Of a stretch of DNA of 64,000 nucleotides, positions 1 to 9,798 are shown piece after piece. The notes beneath the pieces were generated by a model. The model saw nothing but the letters and a program-made list of their open reading frames with translations. It was not told where the DNA came from and ran no database searches. The first letter of the stretch is position 1. The number at the start of each line of letters is the position of its first letter. Position numbers and translations under genes: made by a program. This stretch comes from Halocatena marina (GTDB lineage: Archaea; Halobacteriota; Halobacteria; Halobacteriales; Haloarculaceae), in contig NZ_JALLPK010000001.1 of the NCBI RefSeq assembly GCF_023276375.1, positions 3,721,391 through 3,785,390 on the forward strand, in the 5' to 3' direction.

Positions 1-866
1 CTGTGATCATCGGTCCGGTAATCGAGCCAGCCCTGCTCTTGCAGCCACCTATTGCAGTGAACCTCGTAGTCTTCGCTCGTGAAGCCGTGGTCACTCGCGA
101 CGACGAGTGTCGTGTTGTCATCGAGCTGGTCACGGAGTTGACCGATGTAGTCATCGACCTTGCGATAGAACTCCATGAACGCCTCTCGGTTCTCTCCGTC
201 GCGTTCGTAGTCTTTGAACAGGAAGTGATTAACCCGGTCAGTGGTCATGAAGACGCCGAAGAAGAGGTCCCAATCGTCCTGTTCGATGTAATGTTTGAAC
301 GCCTCGAAGCGGGCATCGATTGTCTCGTGAGCGTCCTCCATGAACTCGCTCTTGTCCTCCTCGTGACCAAGTTTGGCATTCACATCGATGCGGTAATCCA
401 TGCTTTCGAGTGTTTCACGGATCTCGTCGGGATACGCGCCCTTTTCGACACCAGGCGAGAGGAAGCCCGACACCATCCGCTGGACATTTCGCTGGGGTGG
501 GAACGTGACTGGAACGTTCATGACCGTGGCATCACGGTCGGCGTCGGTGACGCGGTCCCAGAGTCGGGTCGCTTGCACATCTCTTCCCATCGGAACGTAT
601 GTGTCGTACGACCCAATTTCACGATCCTGAAATCCATAGACGCCGGTCTCACCGGGGTTGACACCTGTCGTGAGCGACGGCCAGCATGCGCTCGATTCCG
701 GCGGGACGATGCTATCGATCGCACCCGCCGATCCATCGTTAGCGATAGCAGTCAAATTCGGAAATTCATTAGGGTTGTCATCAATGAGGCTATACGGAAC
801 GCCGTCGATACCGAGAAATACGACGCGCGAACCGGAGTCACCACGAAGTCGATCGAACAGTCCCAT
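1..866 (-). CDS. Type I phosphodiesterase/nucleotide pyrophosphatase (alkaline-phosphatase superfamily) protein, 3' partial; continues beyond the window start
   Basis: Reverse-strand translation from the ATG near 866 gives MGLFDRLRGDSGSRVVFLGIDGVPYSL...PPESSACWPSLTTGVNPGETGVYGF...TLVVASDHGFT. The metal-ligand motifs (GIDG, SxCWPS, ASDHG) are typical of the AlkP-core phosphodiesterase/sulfatase fold. The + strand ORF 3..917 is its antisense shadow. Confidence 0.6.
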   Translation of the reverse strand, partial: MGLFDRLRGDSGSRVVFLGIDGVPYSLIDDNPNEFPNLTAIANDGSAGAIDSIVPPESSACWPSLTTGVNPGETGVYGFQDREIGSYDTYVPMGRDVQATRLWDRVTDADRDATVMNVPVTFPPQRNVQRMVSGFLSPGVEKGAYPDEIRETLESMDYRIDVNAKLGHEEDKSEFMEDAHETIDARFEAFKHYIEQDDWDLFFGVFMTTDRVNHFLFKDYERDGENREAFMEFYRKVDDYIGQLRDQLDDNTTLVVASDHGFTSEDYEVHCNRWLQEQGWLDYRTDDH

Positions 867-1193
867 ATCGCCGATTGCGCGAGGGAAACACAAGAACCTT
901 CTTTTCTTTTTCCCTGACGTTCTCTGCCAGACTTACTCGCCTTCTCCGCCCACGTCGTGCTCGCTGTCGCGCTCTGCGTTCTCCGGAACGACGGTCACGT
1001 GGTTGATCCCAACCGGCACTCGTTGCTTCATTTCATTTCTATGTATTGCCTCCATGACTAAATAATTACTCATGCTCATAACTCATGGGAGTGTGCGTCG
1101 GTATGACTCCGGGGTATCTCTGAAGGACGGGTGACTCTACATTGTGGAACTGCAGAAAAAACGGTGTTCTCGAATCGAGCGTGTTCGGCTGTG

Positions 1194-2402
1194 TTATTGT
1201 TGGTTGAGGACAGCGTCGATCGGGTCAAGTAGCAGTGGTTCGATCTCCGACCACGAGTACGTCTCTTCGATGCGTTGGCGCGCTTGTGTTCCCAGTCGCT
1301 CTCGCAGTCCATCACGAACCAAGAGAGTCCGGATGACCTCAGCGAACGACTCTGGCGTGTCGGCAATCTTCAGGTGTTCGTCTTCTTCAATGTCGATCCC
1401 TTCGGCTCCGAGCGATGTCGTCACGACGGCCTTTCCGAGTCCCATCGATTCGAGAACCTTGTTTTGGAGACCGGCACTGAACCGCATTGGTGCGACTACG
1501 ACACGCGCTTTCGTGAGATATTCGAACGGATCTTCGACGAATCCAGTGACCTGAACCCCCGGGCGCTCGGCGAGCTGGCGCACTTTTTTCGTCGGCTGCG
1601 TTCCGACGATGACGAACTCTGCTTCGGGGTGGTGACGCCGTACCAACGGGAAGATTTCATTCACAAAATACGTGACAGCGTCCTCATTCGGAAAGTAATC
1701 CATCTTCCCGAGAAAGACGAGAAGTTCCCTGTTGTCGGGATTGTTGTCCTGTTCGCCTGTTTCGCTCGGTGTTTGTTCGAGTATCTCGTTTCGGACTCCA
1801 TTCGGGACAACAGAAAACGACGGTAGTCCAGCGTTGTCGCCTTCGATATACTGCTTGTCGGCTTCGGTGATGATAAATGAGTGATCGAAATCACGAACAA
1901 CTTCTCGCTCATAGCGGAGAAGGCGGCTGCTCTCGATCGGATAGATAACTCGCCAGAGACCAGATGCACCCGTGCTCGATTCGGCGTAGTTTCGGGAGAT
2001 GGCATCGACGAAGTCAACGATTTTTGGCGTCTCGTATCTGCGGGCGTATTCGGTTGTCCGAACGTGGTTACAGTATAAGAGATCGTATCGACCGACGTGG
2101 TTGTCGAGCCATTCATCAATCGCATTGAACGAGTAGTAGAACGTCTGAAGGGGCTTTCGAGAGACGAGTCCCAACACCGTATTTAGGTGGAACCGATGCG
2201 ACGGATAGGAAAAGATGGTAACGTCGTTGAATACTCGAGAAAGAGTGTCTATCCGATACTGTTTGATGGGAGACTCATCGACGATCAGCAGGTCTACTGT
2301 GTGTTCAGTTGCAAGAATTTTCGCAGTGTTGAATAGCCGCAGCTTCGCACCACCTGTCAGAGGATAAGGCGTTCGAGAACACAAAACGAGTATCCGTGCC
2401 AT
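1194..2402 (-). CDS. Glycosyltransferase family 4 (GT-B, RfaG-like)
   Basis: Start moved to MARILVLCSRTPYPLTGGAKLR, inside the longer track ORF. The C-terminal half (ELLVFLGKMDYFPNEDAV...EFVIVG...PMRFSAGLQNKVLESMGLGKAVVTT) is a typical GT4 donor-binding domain. Confidence 0.8.
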   Translation of the reverse strand: MARILVLCSRTPYPLTGGAKLRLFNTAKILATEHTVDLLIVDESPIKQYRIDTLSRVFNDVTIFSYPSHRFHLNTVLGLVSRKPLQTFYYSFNAIDEWLDNHVGRYDLLYCNHVRTTEYARRYETPKIVDFVDAISRNYAESSTGASGLWRVIYPIESSRLLRYEREVVRDFDHSFIITEADKQYIEGDNAGLPSFSVVPNGVRNEILEQTPSETGEQDNNPDNRELLVFLGKMDYFPNEDAVTYFVNEIFPLVRRHHPEAEFVIVGTQPTKKVRQLAERPGVQVTGFVEDPFEYLTKARVVVAPMRFSAGLQNKVLESMGLGKAVVTTSLGAEGIDIEEDEHLKIADTPESFAEVIRTLLVRDGLRERLGTQARQRIEETYSWSEIEPLLLDPIDAVLNQQ

Positions 2403-2406
2403 TGTG

Positions 2407-3603
2407 TTATCGTTCCTCTCGACGTGTCGTATCACCGATCTCGCACATCTGTCTCTTCGATAACGAATTGAGTACGTTTGATATCCTCGTTGCGGTTCTG
2501 TCCCACGAAAATCGCTTTGCTCGTTGCCGGCCTTTCGCTTCAAACTCCGAACGAGCCGCTGCGTCGGACCAGAGTCGCGCCACTGCCTCAGAGAGTGCGA
2601 TCGTATCGGCTGGATCGACTGTGAGACCGGCTTCACCGACGACTTCGGGGAGTGACGCTCGATCGGAGACGATAACGGGCGTTCCCGACTGCATCGCTTC
2701 TACGGGTGGTAAACCGAACCCTTCGTACAGTGAAGGATAGACGAACAGCGATGCCATGTTGTATAACAGCGGTAGTTCGTCGGCTGGAACGTGCCCCGTG
2801 AAATGGACGTGTTCACGGAACGGACACCGCTGTAATGCTTTCTCGAGGGCTTCGTCGACGAGGTGATCCTGCCCGACGATGACGAGTGGCGGGCGCGCGT
2901 CTGCATCCAGTACTGCAAGCGCATCGAGGACCGAAGCAAGATTCTTTCGAGGTTCAATATTTCCTACATAGAGCGCGAATTGCTCCGGAATGTCGAACGC
3001 ACGACAGAGCCGATCGCGGGTTTCACTCGGTACGGTTCGAGGCTGATATACGTCATCAGCAGCACCGTATGCGATGGTCACGTCATCGTCTGATAGCTGA
3101 TGATACCGCAGAAGATCGTGTTTTGTGTTTTCTGAAACCGTGATGACCTGATCTGCCCGTTCAAGCGAAGCGGCGAGAAACACGCGGAGGTACAGCCGGT
3201 ACGCCGCCGTATGGACCTCTGGGAGCGTCCGGTGGACCATGTCGTGAACAACGACAGCGCTCGGACCATCGAATGCAACCGGTTGGACGAAGTTTGGGCC
3301 GAAAAAACAATCAATATTATCGCGTTCGAGCAAGCGAGCGAGCGTCACGTTAACCCACCAGATCGGCTGTATCGGACCGAACAGCCGATCAACGAACGAC
3401 GGACAGCGGCACGGCCGCCATCGAAACCGCGTCTCGTCGGGAACCACGATATCAGAGCGGTTCCCATCGGTCGGATCGTAGTACGCGTACACTGTGTAGC
3501 CGTCGAATGCACCGCTTTCGATGATGTTAGCAAGATAGTTCCCGACACCGGACCGCTTTCCGGTGAGCGTTCGTGCATCGACGCCAACGTTCGTGGTTGT
3601 CAT
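2407..3603 (-). CDS. Glycosyltransferase family 4 (GT-B)
   Basis: MTTTNVGVDARTLTGKRSGVGNY...FALYVGNIEPRKN...LVIVG...SLYEGFGLPPVEAMQSGTPVIVSD is the canonical GT4 E-x7-E region. It lies in tandem with the preceding GT4, separated by 4 nt. Confidence 0.8.
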   Translation of the reverse strand: MTTTNVGVDARTLTGKRSGVGNYLANIIESGAFDGYTVYAYYDPTDGNRSDIVVPDETRFRWRPCRCPSFVDRLFGPIQPIWWVNVTLARLLERDNIDCFFGPNFVQPVAFDGPSAVVVHDMVHRTLPEVHTAAYRLYLRVFLAASLERADQVITVSENTKHDLLRYHQLSDDDVTIAYGAADDVYQPRTVPSETRDRLCRAFDIPEQFALYVGNIEPRKNLASVLDALAVLDADARPPLVIVGQDHLVDEALEKALQRCPFREHVHFTGHVPADELPLLYNMASLFVYPSLYEGFGLPPVEAMQSGTPVIVSDRASLPEVVGEAGLTVDPADTIALSEAVARLWSDAAARSEFEAKGRQRAKRFSWDRTATRISNVLNSLSKRQMCEIGDTTRREER

Positions 3604-4182
3604 CTGATCATACGAACGGCTCTCGCCGACAGTTCAACTGGATCGAACGTCCTCCTCATCTCGACTCGGCTTTTCGGCTGTCGTTTCGTTCCGTTCACGA
3701 ATACAGGTAACTTACTCTCATATTATGAATCTCATATACTTGTCGTAAGCCGAGCCGTCGTCGAGTCTCTATCATTCACGCTTGCTGTTGTGTTGCTCCA
3801 TTGTAGGTTGGAGAGCGATCGTAGTATATCGGTTTCGTGTTCCAAGCCTTTTTATTATCACTATCGGTCCACTAATCACCCTTCAAAATTCCAGCTACTG
3901 TCTCGATTTAGTCTGACACGAATAGAACGCTGCTGCTCTCTTCGACTCTGTTGAGTGTCTGTTGGTGTACGTCTCTATTCGTGGACAACACTCGTTGGAG
4001 GTTTGAGCAAGTGACGCCGCTGTGGTTGAAATGAATTGGCCAATGTGTAGCTCGTCGCACGTCTGTCGGAGTGCGCAATTGACTGATGTGGGGTGACAAG
4101 ATCACGATTTACACGCCTATGTGTTGCATCAGTCGAGAATCAGCGACCGCGAATGATGCGGTCGATTTACTGCAGGCCGTAG

Positions 4183-4716
4183 TTACGAGAAATGCTCCTC
4201 GTAGAGCTCCTGTGCGTGGACGATCGCATCCTGTGCAGCTTGCTTGTCCTCCCACCCGAGCGTCTCCACTTCCTTCCCCTCTTCGAGGTTCTTATACGTT
4301 GAAAAGAACTCGTCAATCTCGTCGCGGGTTTGCTGTGGAATGTCGTCGAGATCCTGGATATGGTCGTATCGTGGGTCCTCGGTTGGGACAGCGATGACCT
4401 TATCGTCCTGTTCGCCGTCGTCATCCATCCTCATGAGTGCGACCGGGCGCGATTCGATCACACAGCCTGGGAATGTCGCGTCTTCGACGAGCACGAGCAC
4501 ATCGAACGGATCCTCGTCGTCGTAGTACGAGCGAGGGATGAACCCGTAGTCCGATGGGTAGTGGACGTTGCTGTGGAGGACTCGATCGAGCATCACACCG
4601 GGGATGTCTTTGTCGTACTCGTACTTGTTGCGCTCACCTTTTAGGCACTCTACGACGGCGTTGATTGTCTCAGGCGGGTTCGGTCCGGTTTCGAGATCTT
4701 CCCAGAGGTTCGTCAT
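4183..4716 (-). CDS. ppa: Inorganic pyrophosphatase
   Basis: The 177 aa product (MTNLWEDLETGPNPPE...DKDIPGV...YPSDYGFIP...DPFDVLVL...) matches family I soluble PPase along its full length. ATG start and TAA stop were verified in the sequence. Confidence 0.95.
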   Translation of the reverse strand: MTNLWEDLETGPNPPETINAVVECLKGERNKYEYDKDIPGVMLDRVLHSNVHYPSDYGFIPRSYYDDEDPFDVLVLVEDATFPGCVIESRPVALMRMDDDGEQDDKVIAVPTEDPRYDHIQDLDDIPQQTRDEIDEFFSTYKNLEEGKEVETLGWEDKQAAQDAIVHAQELYEEHFS

Positions 4717-4940
4717 CGGCCGAACTGCGGGAGGTGGCCAAAAATCACTTTCGACACAGCCGTGTCGGTCAATGGGCGGAAACCACCATACTGGTCGCCA
4801 TTCCTCTGTTCATACTGTTTACCAATAGCGAGTATGATTGGTCACTTATGATACTAATTCGGCAGCAGTTAGTGACTTTTTGTAAATATTCACTTGATAG
4901 TTGAATAGTTTTAAATAGAGTCGTGACATTTGTTTAGGTC

Positions 4941-5303
4941 ATGTCAGAGGCAAAGTCAGTCTCCGGCGTATCGGGCATTGAACGCGACCTGACCGCATTT
5001 CAGCAGAACATTCTCGTTATCCTCTCGGAAGAGGCGCGCTATGGACTTGCGATCAAGCGCGAGCTTGAGCAGTACTACGACTCCGAGGTCAATCACGGAC
5101 GGCTGTATCCGAATCTGGACGATCTCGTCGAGATGGATCTTGTTGAAAAAAGCGAGCTGGATAAGCGGACGAATCAGTACGCGCTGACCCAATCCGGATA
5201 CGACGCTGTCATCGATCATTTGTCATGGGTCTTCTCACGATTCGTAACCAATAATGGTCGCGGCGACGAGGTTCGGGCCCTCGTCGACGACGCTCAGACA
5301 TAG
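4941..5303 (+). CDS. PadR family transcriptional regulator
   Basis: 120 aa winged HTH: QNILVILSEEARYGLAIKRELEQYY...HGRLYPNLDDLVEMDLVE...RTNQYALTQSG. It is divergent from ppa across an AT-rich promoter region. Confidence 0.75.
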   Translation: MSEAKSVSGVSGIERDLTAFQQNILVILSEEARYGLAIKRELEQYYDSEVNHGRLYPNLDDLVEMDLVEKSELDKRTNQYALTQSGYDAVIDHLSWVFSRFVTNNGRGDEVRALVDDAQT

Positions 5304-5324
5304 ACTAGCAGGAGACTCTGACGC

Positions 5325-5867
5325 TCACTCACGGGCAATGTCGAGCGTCAGTTCGACCGACTGTTCGACGATCGTGCGTTGTTTTTTTGAGGGCCACACG
5401 TTGCGCGGGTAGTACTCTCTGAGGAATTCTTTACACATCGTCTCTGTCGCCTCTTCGATCGGTTTCAGGTAATGGTTTCCCATGAAATCGGCGAACGCAG
5501 CGGCGTTTTTTCCGTGGATGTCTCCGTGCTGCTCTGTGACGCGTTCGACAATCGTCCGGTTGTGCGCTTCGACCATTTCCCAATCCGCGTTTCCGGGAGC
5601 CTCAAGCGGCCGTTCGATTGCGCTGTCTGTGGTTTCGATCTGTTCGATACGAACGCGTCCGTCTGTGACCCACTCGCTCGGATAGAGCACGAGCGTTGTG
5701 TCCGCGGTGCGCTCACGAGCGATGTATCCGTGGCGTGCGAGGACCTCGTCGCGCTGACGGCGTGCACTCTCCGCTTCGTCCGCGTCGCTCGCGTCTCGTG
5801 CCCGACGCGTCAACCGTTCGGCTTCATCAGCGATGTTTTCAGGAAGCATCAAGCGCCTCATTGGCAA
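5325..5867 (-). CDS. Conserved hypothetical protein
   Basis: 180 aa ORF with good haloarchaeal codon bias and an acidic composition. It overlaps the rnhA stop by about 29 nt on the same strand. No recognisable catalytic motif. Confidence 0.5.
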   Translation of the reverse strand: MPMRRLMLPENIADEAERLTRRARDASDADEAESARRQRDEVLARHGYIARERTADTTLVLYPSEWVTDGRVRIEQIETTDSAIERPLEAPGNADWEMVEAHNRTIVERVTEQHGDIHGKNAAAFADFMGNHYLKPIEEATETMCKEFLREYYPRNVWPSKKQRTIVEQSVELTLDIARE

Positions 5868-6432
5868 GCTTGTCTGCGCGCTCGTTTATCTCCCGCGGAA
5901 CGTGTGTCAGTGACCATTCGTCGAACTGTTCGAGGAGTTCGAGCGCCCGAATTCGACGTTCACGAAGCCCCGGATCGTTTACGTTCCACGCCCCAGTCAC
6001 CTGCTTGACGATGAGCTGTGAATCCCCCCGGACGACTACCGTATCGAATCCACTGTCTGCGGCGACCGTCAGCGCGTGAATAAGCGCCTCATACTCCGCA
6101 CGGTTGTTTGTCATGTCGTCGATTCGTTTGCCACCTTCCGAGACAATCCCATCATCCGTCACGATGACCCAGCCGACGGCCGACGGTCCGGGATTTCCAC
6201 GTGATGCTCCGTCGAAGTAAATGTGTGCGCGTCCACCCGCTTCGCGTAACAGCGCGACTAACCGTTCCGGTGTCTGACCCTGTATGACGACCTTGGTGTC
6301 GTATGCAACGGCTACTGCGCCACCGTGCTCAGCTCGCCAGCGTTCGTGGTCTGTGTTGCCCGGTTCGATATCTATATCCGCGTCTGCGAGTCGTGCGCGC
6401 GCCACGCCGGGATCACACTCGATGACCGGCAT
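5839..6432 (-). CDS. rnhA: Ribonuclease HI with an N-terminal extension
   Basis: The C-terminal 140 aa carry the RNase H motifs (HIYFDGASRGNPGPSAVGWVI...NNRAEYEALIHAL...DSQLIVKQV...HVPREINERADKLANEAL). A roughly 55 aa N-terminal extension is present, as in Halobacterium RNase HI. Confidence 0.9.
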   Translation of the reverse strand: MPVIECDPGVARARLADADIDIEPGNTDHERWRAEHGGAVAVAYDTKVVIQGQTPERLVALLREAGGRAHIYFDGASRGNPGPSAVGWVIVTDDGIVSEGGKRIDDMTNNRAEYEALIHALTVAADSGFDTVVVRGDSQLIVKQVTGAWNVNDPGLRERRIRALELLEQFDEWSLTHVPREINERADKLANEALDAS

Positions 6433-6603
6433 TGGTTCGACTCACCCGGGGAATGATAAATGGCTTCTGGTCCGGCATACTCAGGATCGAAAGAAGACGC
6501 ACGAATCTATCCCTGTTTATCAATTTTGACCAATTTAATTGCGGCAGATGACCCCACGTTACGGAAGGTCTAAGTACCTTGACCAAGGTAGTATAAAAAT
6601 GCG

Positions 6604-7560
6604 ATGACACGGTCCACCCGTACGCGGGAGCGCGAGCAGGAAACGGAACACGAAGCAGAAAGCACGCGAGAATGTCCCGAATGCGGGTCCGACCATCTTA
6701 TTAAGAGTTCAGATCGTGGTGAACTCATTTGTGACGATTGTGGACTCGTCATAGAGGAAGAAAAGATTGACCCTGGTCCTGAGTGGCGGGCGTTCAACCA
6801 TCAAGAACGCCAGCAGAAGTCCCGTGTCGGAGCCCCGACGACTCAGACGATGCACGATAAGGGGCTAACGACCACCATCGACTGGAAGGACAAAGACGCC
6901 TACGGTCGGTCGATTTCTTCGAAAAAGCGCAGCCAGATGCACCGGTTGCGAAAGTGGCAAGAGCGCATTCGAACCAAGGACGCCGGTGAGCGAAACCTCC
7001 AATTCGCTCTTTCCGAGATCGACCGGATGGCCAGCGCGCTCGGCGTCCCCCGATCGGTTCGGGAAGTCGCGTCCGTCATTTATCGACGCGCGCTGAAGGA
7101 CGATCTCATCCGTGGCCGATCCATCGAGGGCGTCGCTACCGCCGCACTGTACGCGGCCTGCCGCAAAGAAGGAATTCCACGGAGCCTCGAGGAGATCTCC
7201 GAAGTCTCCCGTGTCGAGCGAAAAGAAATCGGACGCACGTACCGGTATATCTCCCAAGAACTCGCCCTGGAGATGGAACCGGTCGATCCGAAGAAGTACG
7301 TCCCCCGATTTTGCTCAGAACTCGACTTATCCGAGGAAGTACAAGCAAAAGCCAACGAAATCATCACCACTACCGCAGAGGAAGGACTGCTATCGGGCAA
7401 ATCCCCAACGGGATACGCCGCCGCAGCGATCTACGCTGCCTCCCTTCTCTGCAACGAGAAAAAAACCCAACGGGAAGTCGCCGACGTCGCTCAGGTGACA
7501 GAAGTCACCATCCGAAACCGGTATCAAGAGCAGATTGAGGCGATGGGTATCCACAGCTAA
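6604..7560 (+). CDS. tfb: Transcription initiation factor IIB (TFB)
   Basis: N-terminal zinc ribbon CPECGS...CDDCG, followed by two cyclin-like repeats and the [16 protein letters not shown] helix. Confidence 0.95.
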   Translation: MTRSTRTREREQETEHEAESTRECPECGSDHLIKSSDRGELICDDCGLVIEEEKIDPGPEWRAFNHQERQQKSRVGAPTTQTMHDKGLTTTIDWKDKDAYGRSISSKKRSQMHRLRKWQERIRTKDAGERNLQFALSEIDRMASALGVPRSVREVASVIYRRALKDDLIRGRSIEGVATAALYAACRKEGIPRSLEEISEVSRVERKEIGRTYRYISQELALEMEPVDPKKYVPRFCSELDLSEEVQAKANEIITTTAEEGLLSGKSPTGYAAAAIYAASLLCNEKKTQREVADVAQVTEVTIRNRYQEQIEAMGIHS

Positions 7561-7722
7561 CTACCGCTAATCGACGTACGAAATCCAACCTCGCTCGCGC
7601 TTCCGTTCATCAGCACACCTGCGTTACGTTTTGTAAACACCAGCTGTGGTTTCCCGTGTCGGTCCATTTTTCCGCTCCACTACGAGTGAAGATTCAAGCA
7701 TCTGTCGCTCTTACTGCCAGTA

Positions 7723-8997
7723 ATGCGGCTCGATGAGTTCATCGACGGGCTCGCGTACGACGAAGAGACCCGTATGCGTCAGTTGGCAAAGGAGAAATCC
7801 TACGCAATCACGGAGTATCTTGCCGACACTGAGCGTCGCATCGACGAGACCGTCCAAGGTGACTCACTGTTTGGGAGCACGTCCCCCTCGATTTTTGTTG
7901 GGAGATCTGGGTATCCACAAGTTTCTGCGGGCATTCTCGCCCCGGTCGGTGACGAGCAACACGCCTCCGAGTACGCGACCAGCGGAGAGTGGTACCAGCG
8001 TGGCTACACCATCGATGACGTGTTCCAAGCCAGAACCGGCCTGCTCAACTCTGCGCGACCGACCGATGTTCACGTCGCTGATGAGTGGAACGGGTTCACT
8101 GGCGTTCGACGCGAAGTCGCTATCGCCGACCGTCCAGTTGACGTGGAGGTTGATCTCGATGGACCACCCTCAATCGATCTTGACGTCGGTCGTGACGACA
8201 TAGCGACGCCGACGGGACCGCGGGCGCGGGCAACTGGGGCGCAGCTCACAGAGAACCCTCACGTTCCACGAGCAGTCGAGAAGACGCTCTCAGACGATGA
8301 CTGGCGCGCCGACGGAGCAATGGCGTATCTCTACAACCGTGGGTTCGACGTATACGATATCAACACCATTCTTTCGGCTGGCGCGCTCGGACGGACTACA
8401 AACCGACGACTCGTCCCGACGCGGTGGTCGATTACTGCTGTCGACGACACGGTCTCTCAGTTCTTACGGGGACAACTCCAAAACGCATCGTCCATCGACG
8501 AGGTGGAGGTCCGCTACAACGAGTATCTCGGTAATCAGTTCTGGGTGCTGCTCGCGCCGGGTGACTGGGAGTTCGAGCTCGTCGAGATGAAAGCACCAGG
8601 AAGTGTTTGGAATCCCGACCGCAGCGAGTACTGGCTCGCGAGCGACCGCGAGGGATACGAAGGACGAACGCAGTACGTCGAAGAAACCGCTGGCGCGTAC
8701 TATGCGACCCGCCTTGGGGTCCTCGAACACCTCGCAGAGCGTGACCGTCAGGCGAAGGTGCTCGTGCTCCGGAACGTCACCGACGACTACTGGGGTCCGG
8801 TTGGCGTCTGGCAGGTGCGCGAATCAGTCCGGAACGCCTTCTCTGAGGAGATGGCCACCGCAGAGACGTTCCACGACGCAGTCCGACAGATCGTTCCGCG
8901 GCTTCCTGTCGGCACAGACGCCCTCCGTCGTAAATCCAATATGGTCGCGGGATTACAGACGAGTCTGAGCTCATTCATCACGACCAACGAGGGGTAG
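7723..8997 (+). CDS. nreA: NreA-like archaeal DNA repair protein (DUF650/DUF651), with a C-terminal PIP-like motif
   Basis: 424 aa. The architecture and length match the Nre family. The C-terminus (GLQTSLSSFI) resembles a PCNA-interacting Qxx[LI]xx[FY] box. The family assignment is by recall, not alignment. Confidence 0.55.
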   Translation: MRLDEFIDGLAYDEETRMRQLAKEKSYAITEYLADTERRIDETVQGDSLFGSTSPSIFVGRSGYPQVSAGILAPVGDEQHASEYATSGEWYQRGYTIDDVFQARTGLLNSARPTDVHVADEWNGFTGVRREVAIADRPVDVEVDLDGPPSIDLDVGRDDIATPTGPRARATGAQLTENPHVPRAVEKTLSDDDWRADGAMAYLYNRGFDVYDINTILSAGALGRTTNRRLVPTRWSITAVDDTVSQFLRGQLQNASSIDEVEVRYNEYLGNQFWVLLAPGDWEFELVEMKAPGSVWNPDRSEYWLASDREGYEGRTQYVEETAGAYYATRLGVLEHLAERDRQAKVLVLRNVTDDYWGPVGVWQVRESVRNAFSEEMATAETFHDAVRQIVPRLPVGTDALRRKSNMVAGLQTSLSSFITTNEG

Positions 8998-9023
8998 CAC
9001 AGCGTGCTACGCTCTCCCTTTCG

Positions 9024-9467
9024 TTACTCCGCGAGTGCTGCGAACGCTTCATCAACCAGTTCGCCCGTCTCTCCAACGAGTTCGTCCCACTGTTCGCTTT
9101 CAGGAGCCATCCCGAGCAGTCGAGCAGCGCGCATAATGCTGACGTGATAGACGCGTTGGACGCCTGATTCTTCTTCCCAGATAACGACGTTACACGGGAA
9201 CAGCGCGCCGATCGTTCGGGTCATGTTGAGCGCACGATCTGCCATCTCAGGATGACACGCACCGAGTACGTAGTACGGACTGCGGTCGGCATCGATCTTC
9301 TCGTTGAGAAGTTCGGATGGGGAAAATTCGGCTGGGACACCAAAGCCTCTCTCCGTGAAGGCAGTCCGGACGTGCTCGATGGCTTCCTCATGCTCCATGT
9401 GGAGCGTCGCCTGCTGCTGGCCGATATCTTCGCCGTCCAGTACCGTTGGATCGATCTTCAGGTCCAT
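9024..9467 (-). CDS. DUF302 domain protein
   Basis: Start moved to MDLKIDPTVL. The C-terminal stretch ACHPEMADRALNMTRTIGALFPCNVVIWEE is a DUF302 signature. Confidence 0.7.
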   Translation of the reverse strand: MDLKIDPTVLDGEDIGQQQATLHMEHEEAIEHVRTAFTERGFGVPAEFSPSELLNEKIDADRSPYYVLGACHPEMADRALNMTRTIGALFPCNVVIWEEESGVQRVYHVSIMRAARLLGMAPESEQWDELVGETGELVDEAFAALAE

Positions 9468-9504
9468 CACACCCTCGTTCGAACGAGCAGAATAAAACGC
9501 TTCG

Positions 9505-9798
9505 TTACTCGTCGGTCGATTCGGCCGTCGGAACCGGTCCAGTGCCGATGACTTCACGGACGGCGGTTTCGAGGTCTTGCTTGCGTGGGAAGTACGTGCC
9601 GTCTGACTCATCGAGAATATCTGTGAGCTCGCGCGGTCCATCGGGTGTGCGGATGAGTTTGTCTCCCTCGCGGCGAACGACCTCGCTTTTCGGAATGCCG
9701 TAGTGGAGCCGCGAGGTGATGCGTGCGAGCGGTGCCCCCTCGACCGATTCGCCCTCGCCGAGTTCCACGATCGGTTCGGTTTCCTCGTCGTCAGCCAT
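9505..9798 (-). CDS. Small acidic conserved hypothetical protein
   Basis: Start moved to MADDEETEPIVELGEG; about 97 aa. Co-oriented directly upstream of the DUF302 gene. Typical haloarchaeal acidic composition. Confidence 0.4.
   Translation of the reverse strand: MADDEETEPIVELGEGESVEGAPLARITSRLHYGIPKSEVVRREGDKLIRTPDGPRELTDILDESDGTYFPRKQDLETAVREVIGTGPVPTAESTDE

Noticed and set aside
3-917. 304 aa + strand ORF at the window start
   Set aside because: It has no recognisable domains and is Arg/Val-rich with poor third-position bias. The opposite strand encodes a well-formed AlkP-superfamily phosphodiesterase with the correct start context, so this is an antisense shadow.
6591-6598. TATAAAAA immediately upstream of the tfb ATG
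   Set aside because: It lies only about 6 nt from the start codon. That is too close to serve as an archaeal TATA box (about -27 from the TSS), even for a leaderless transcript. It is more likely coincidental AT-rich context.
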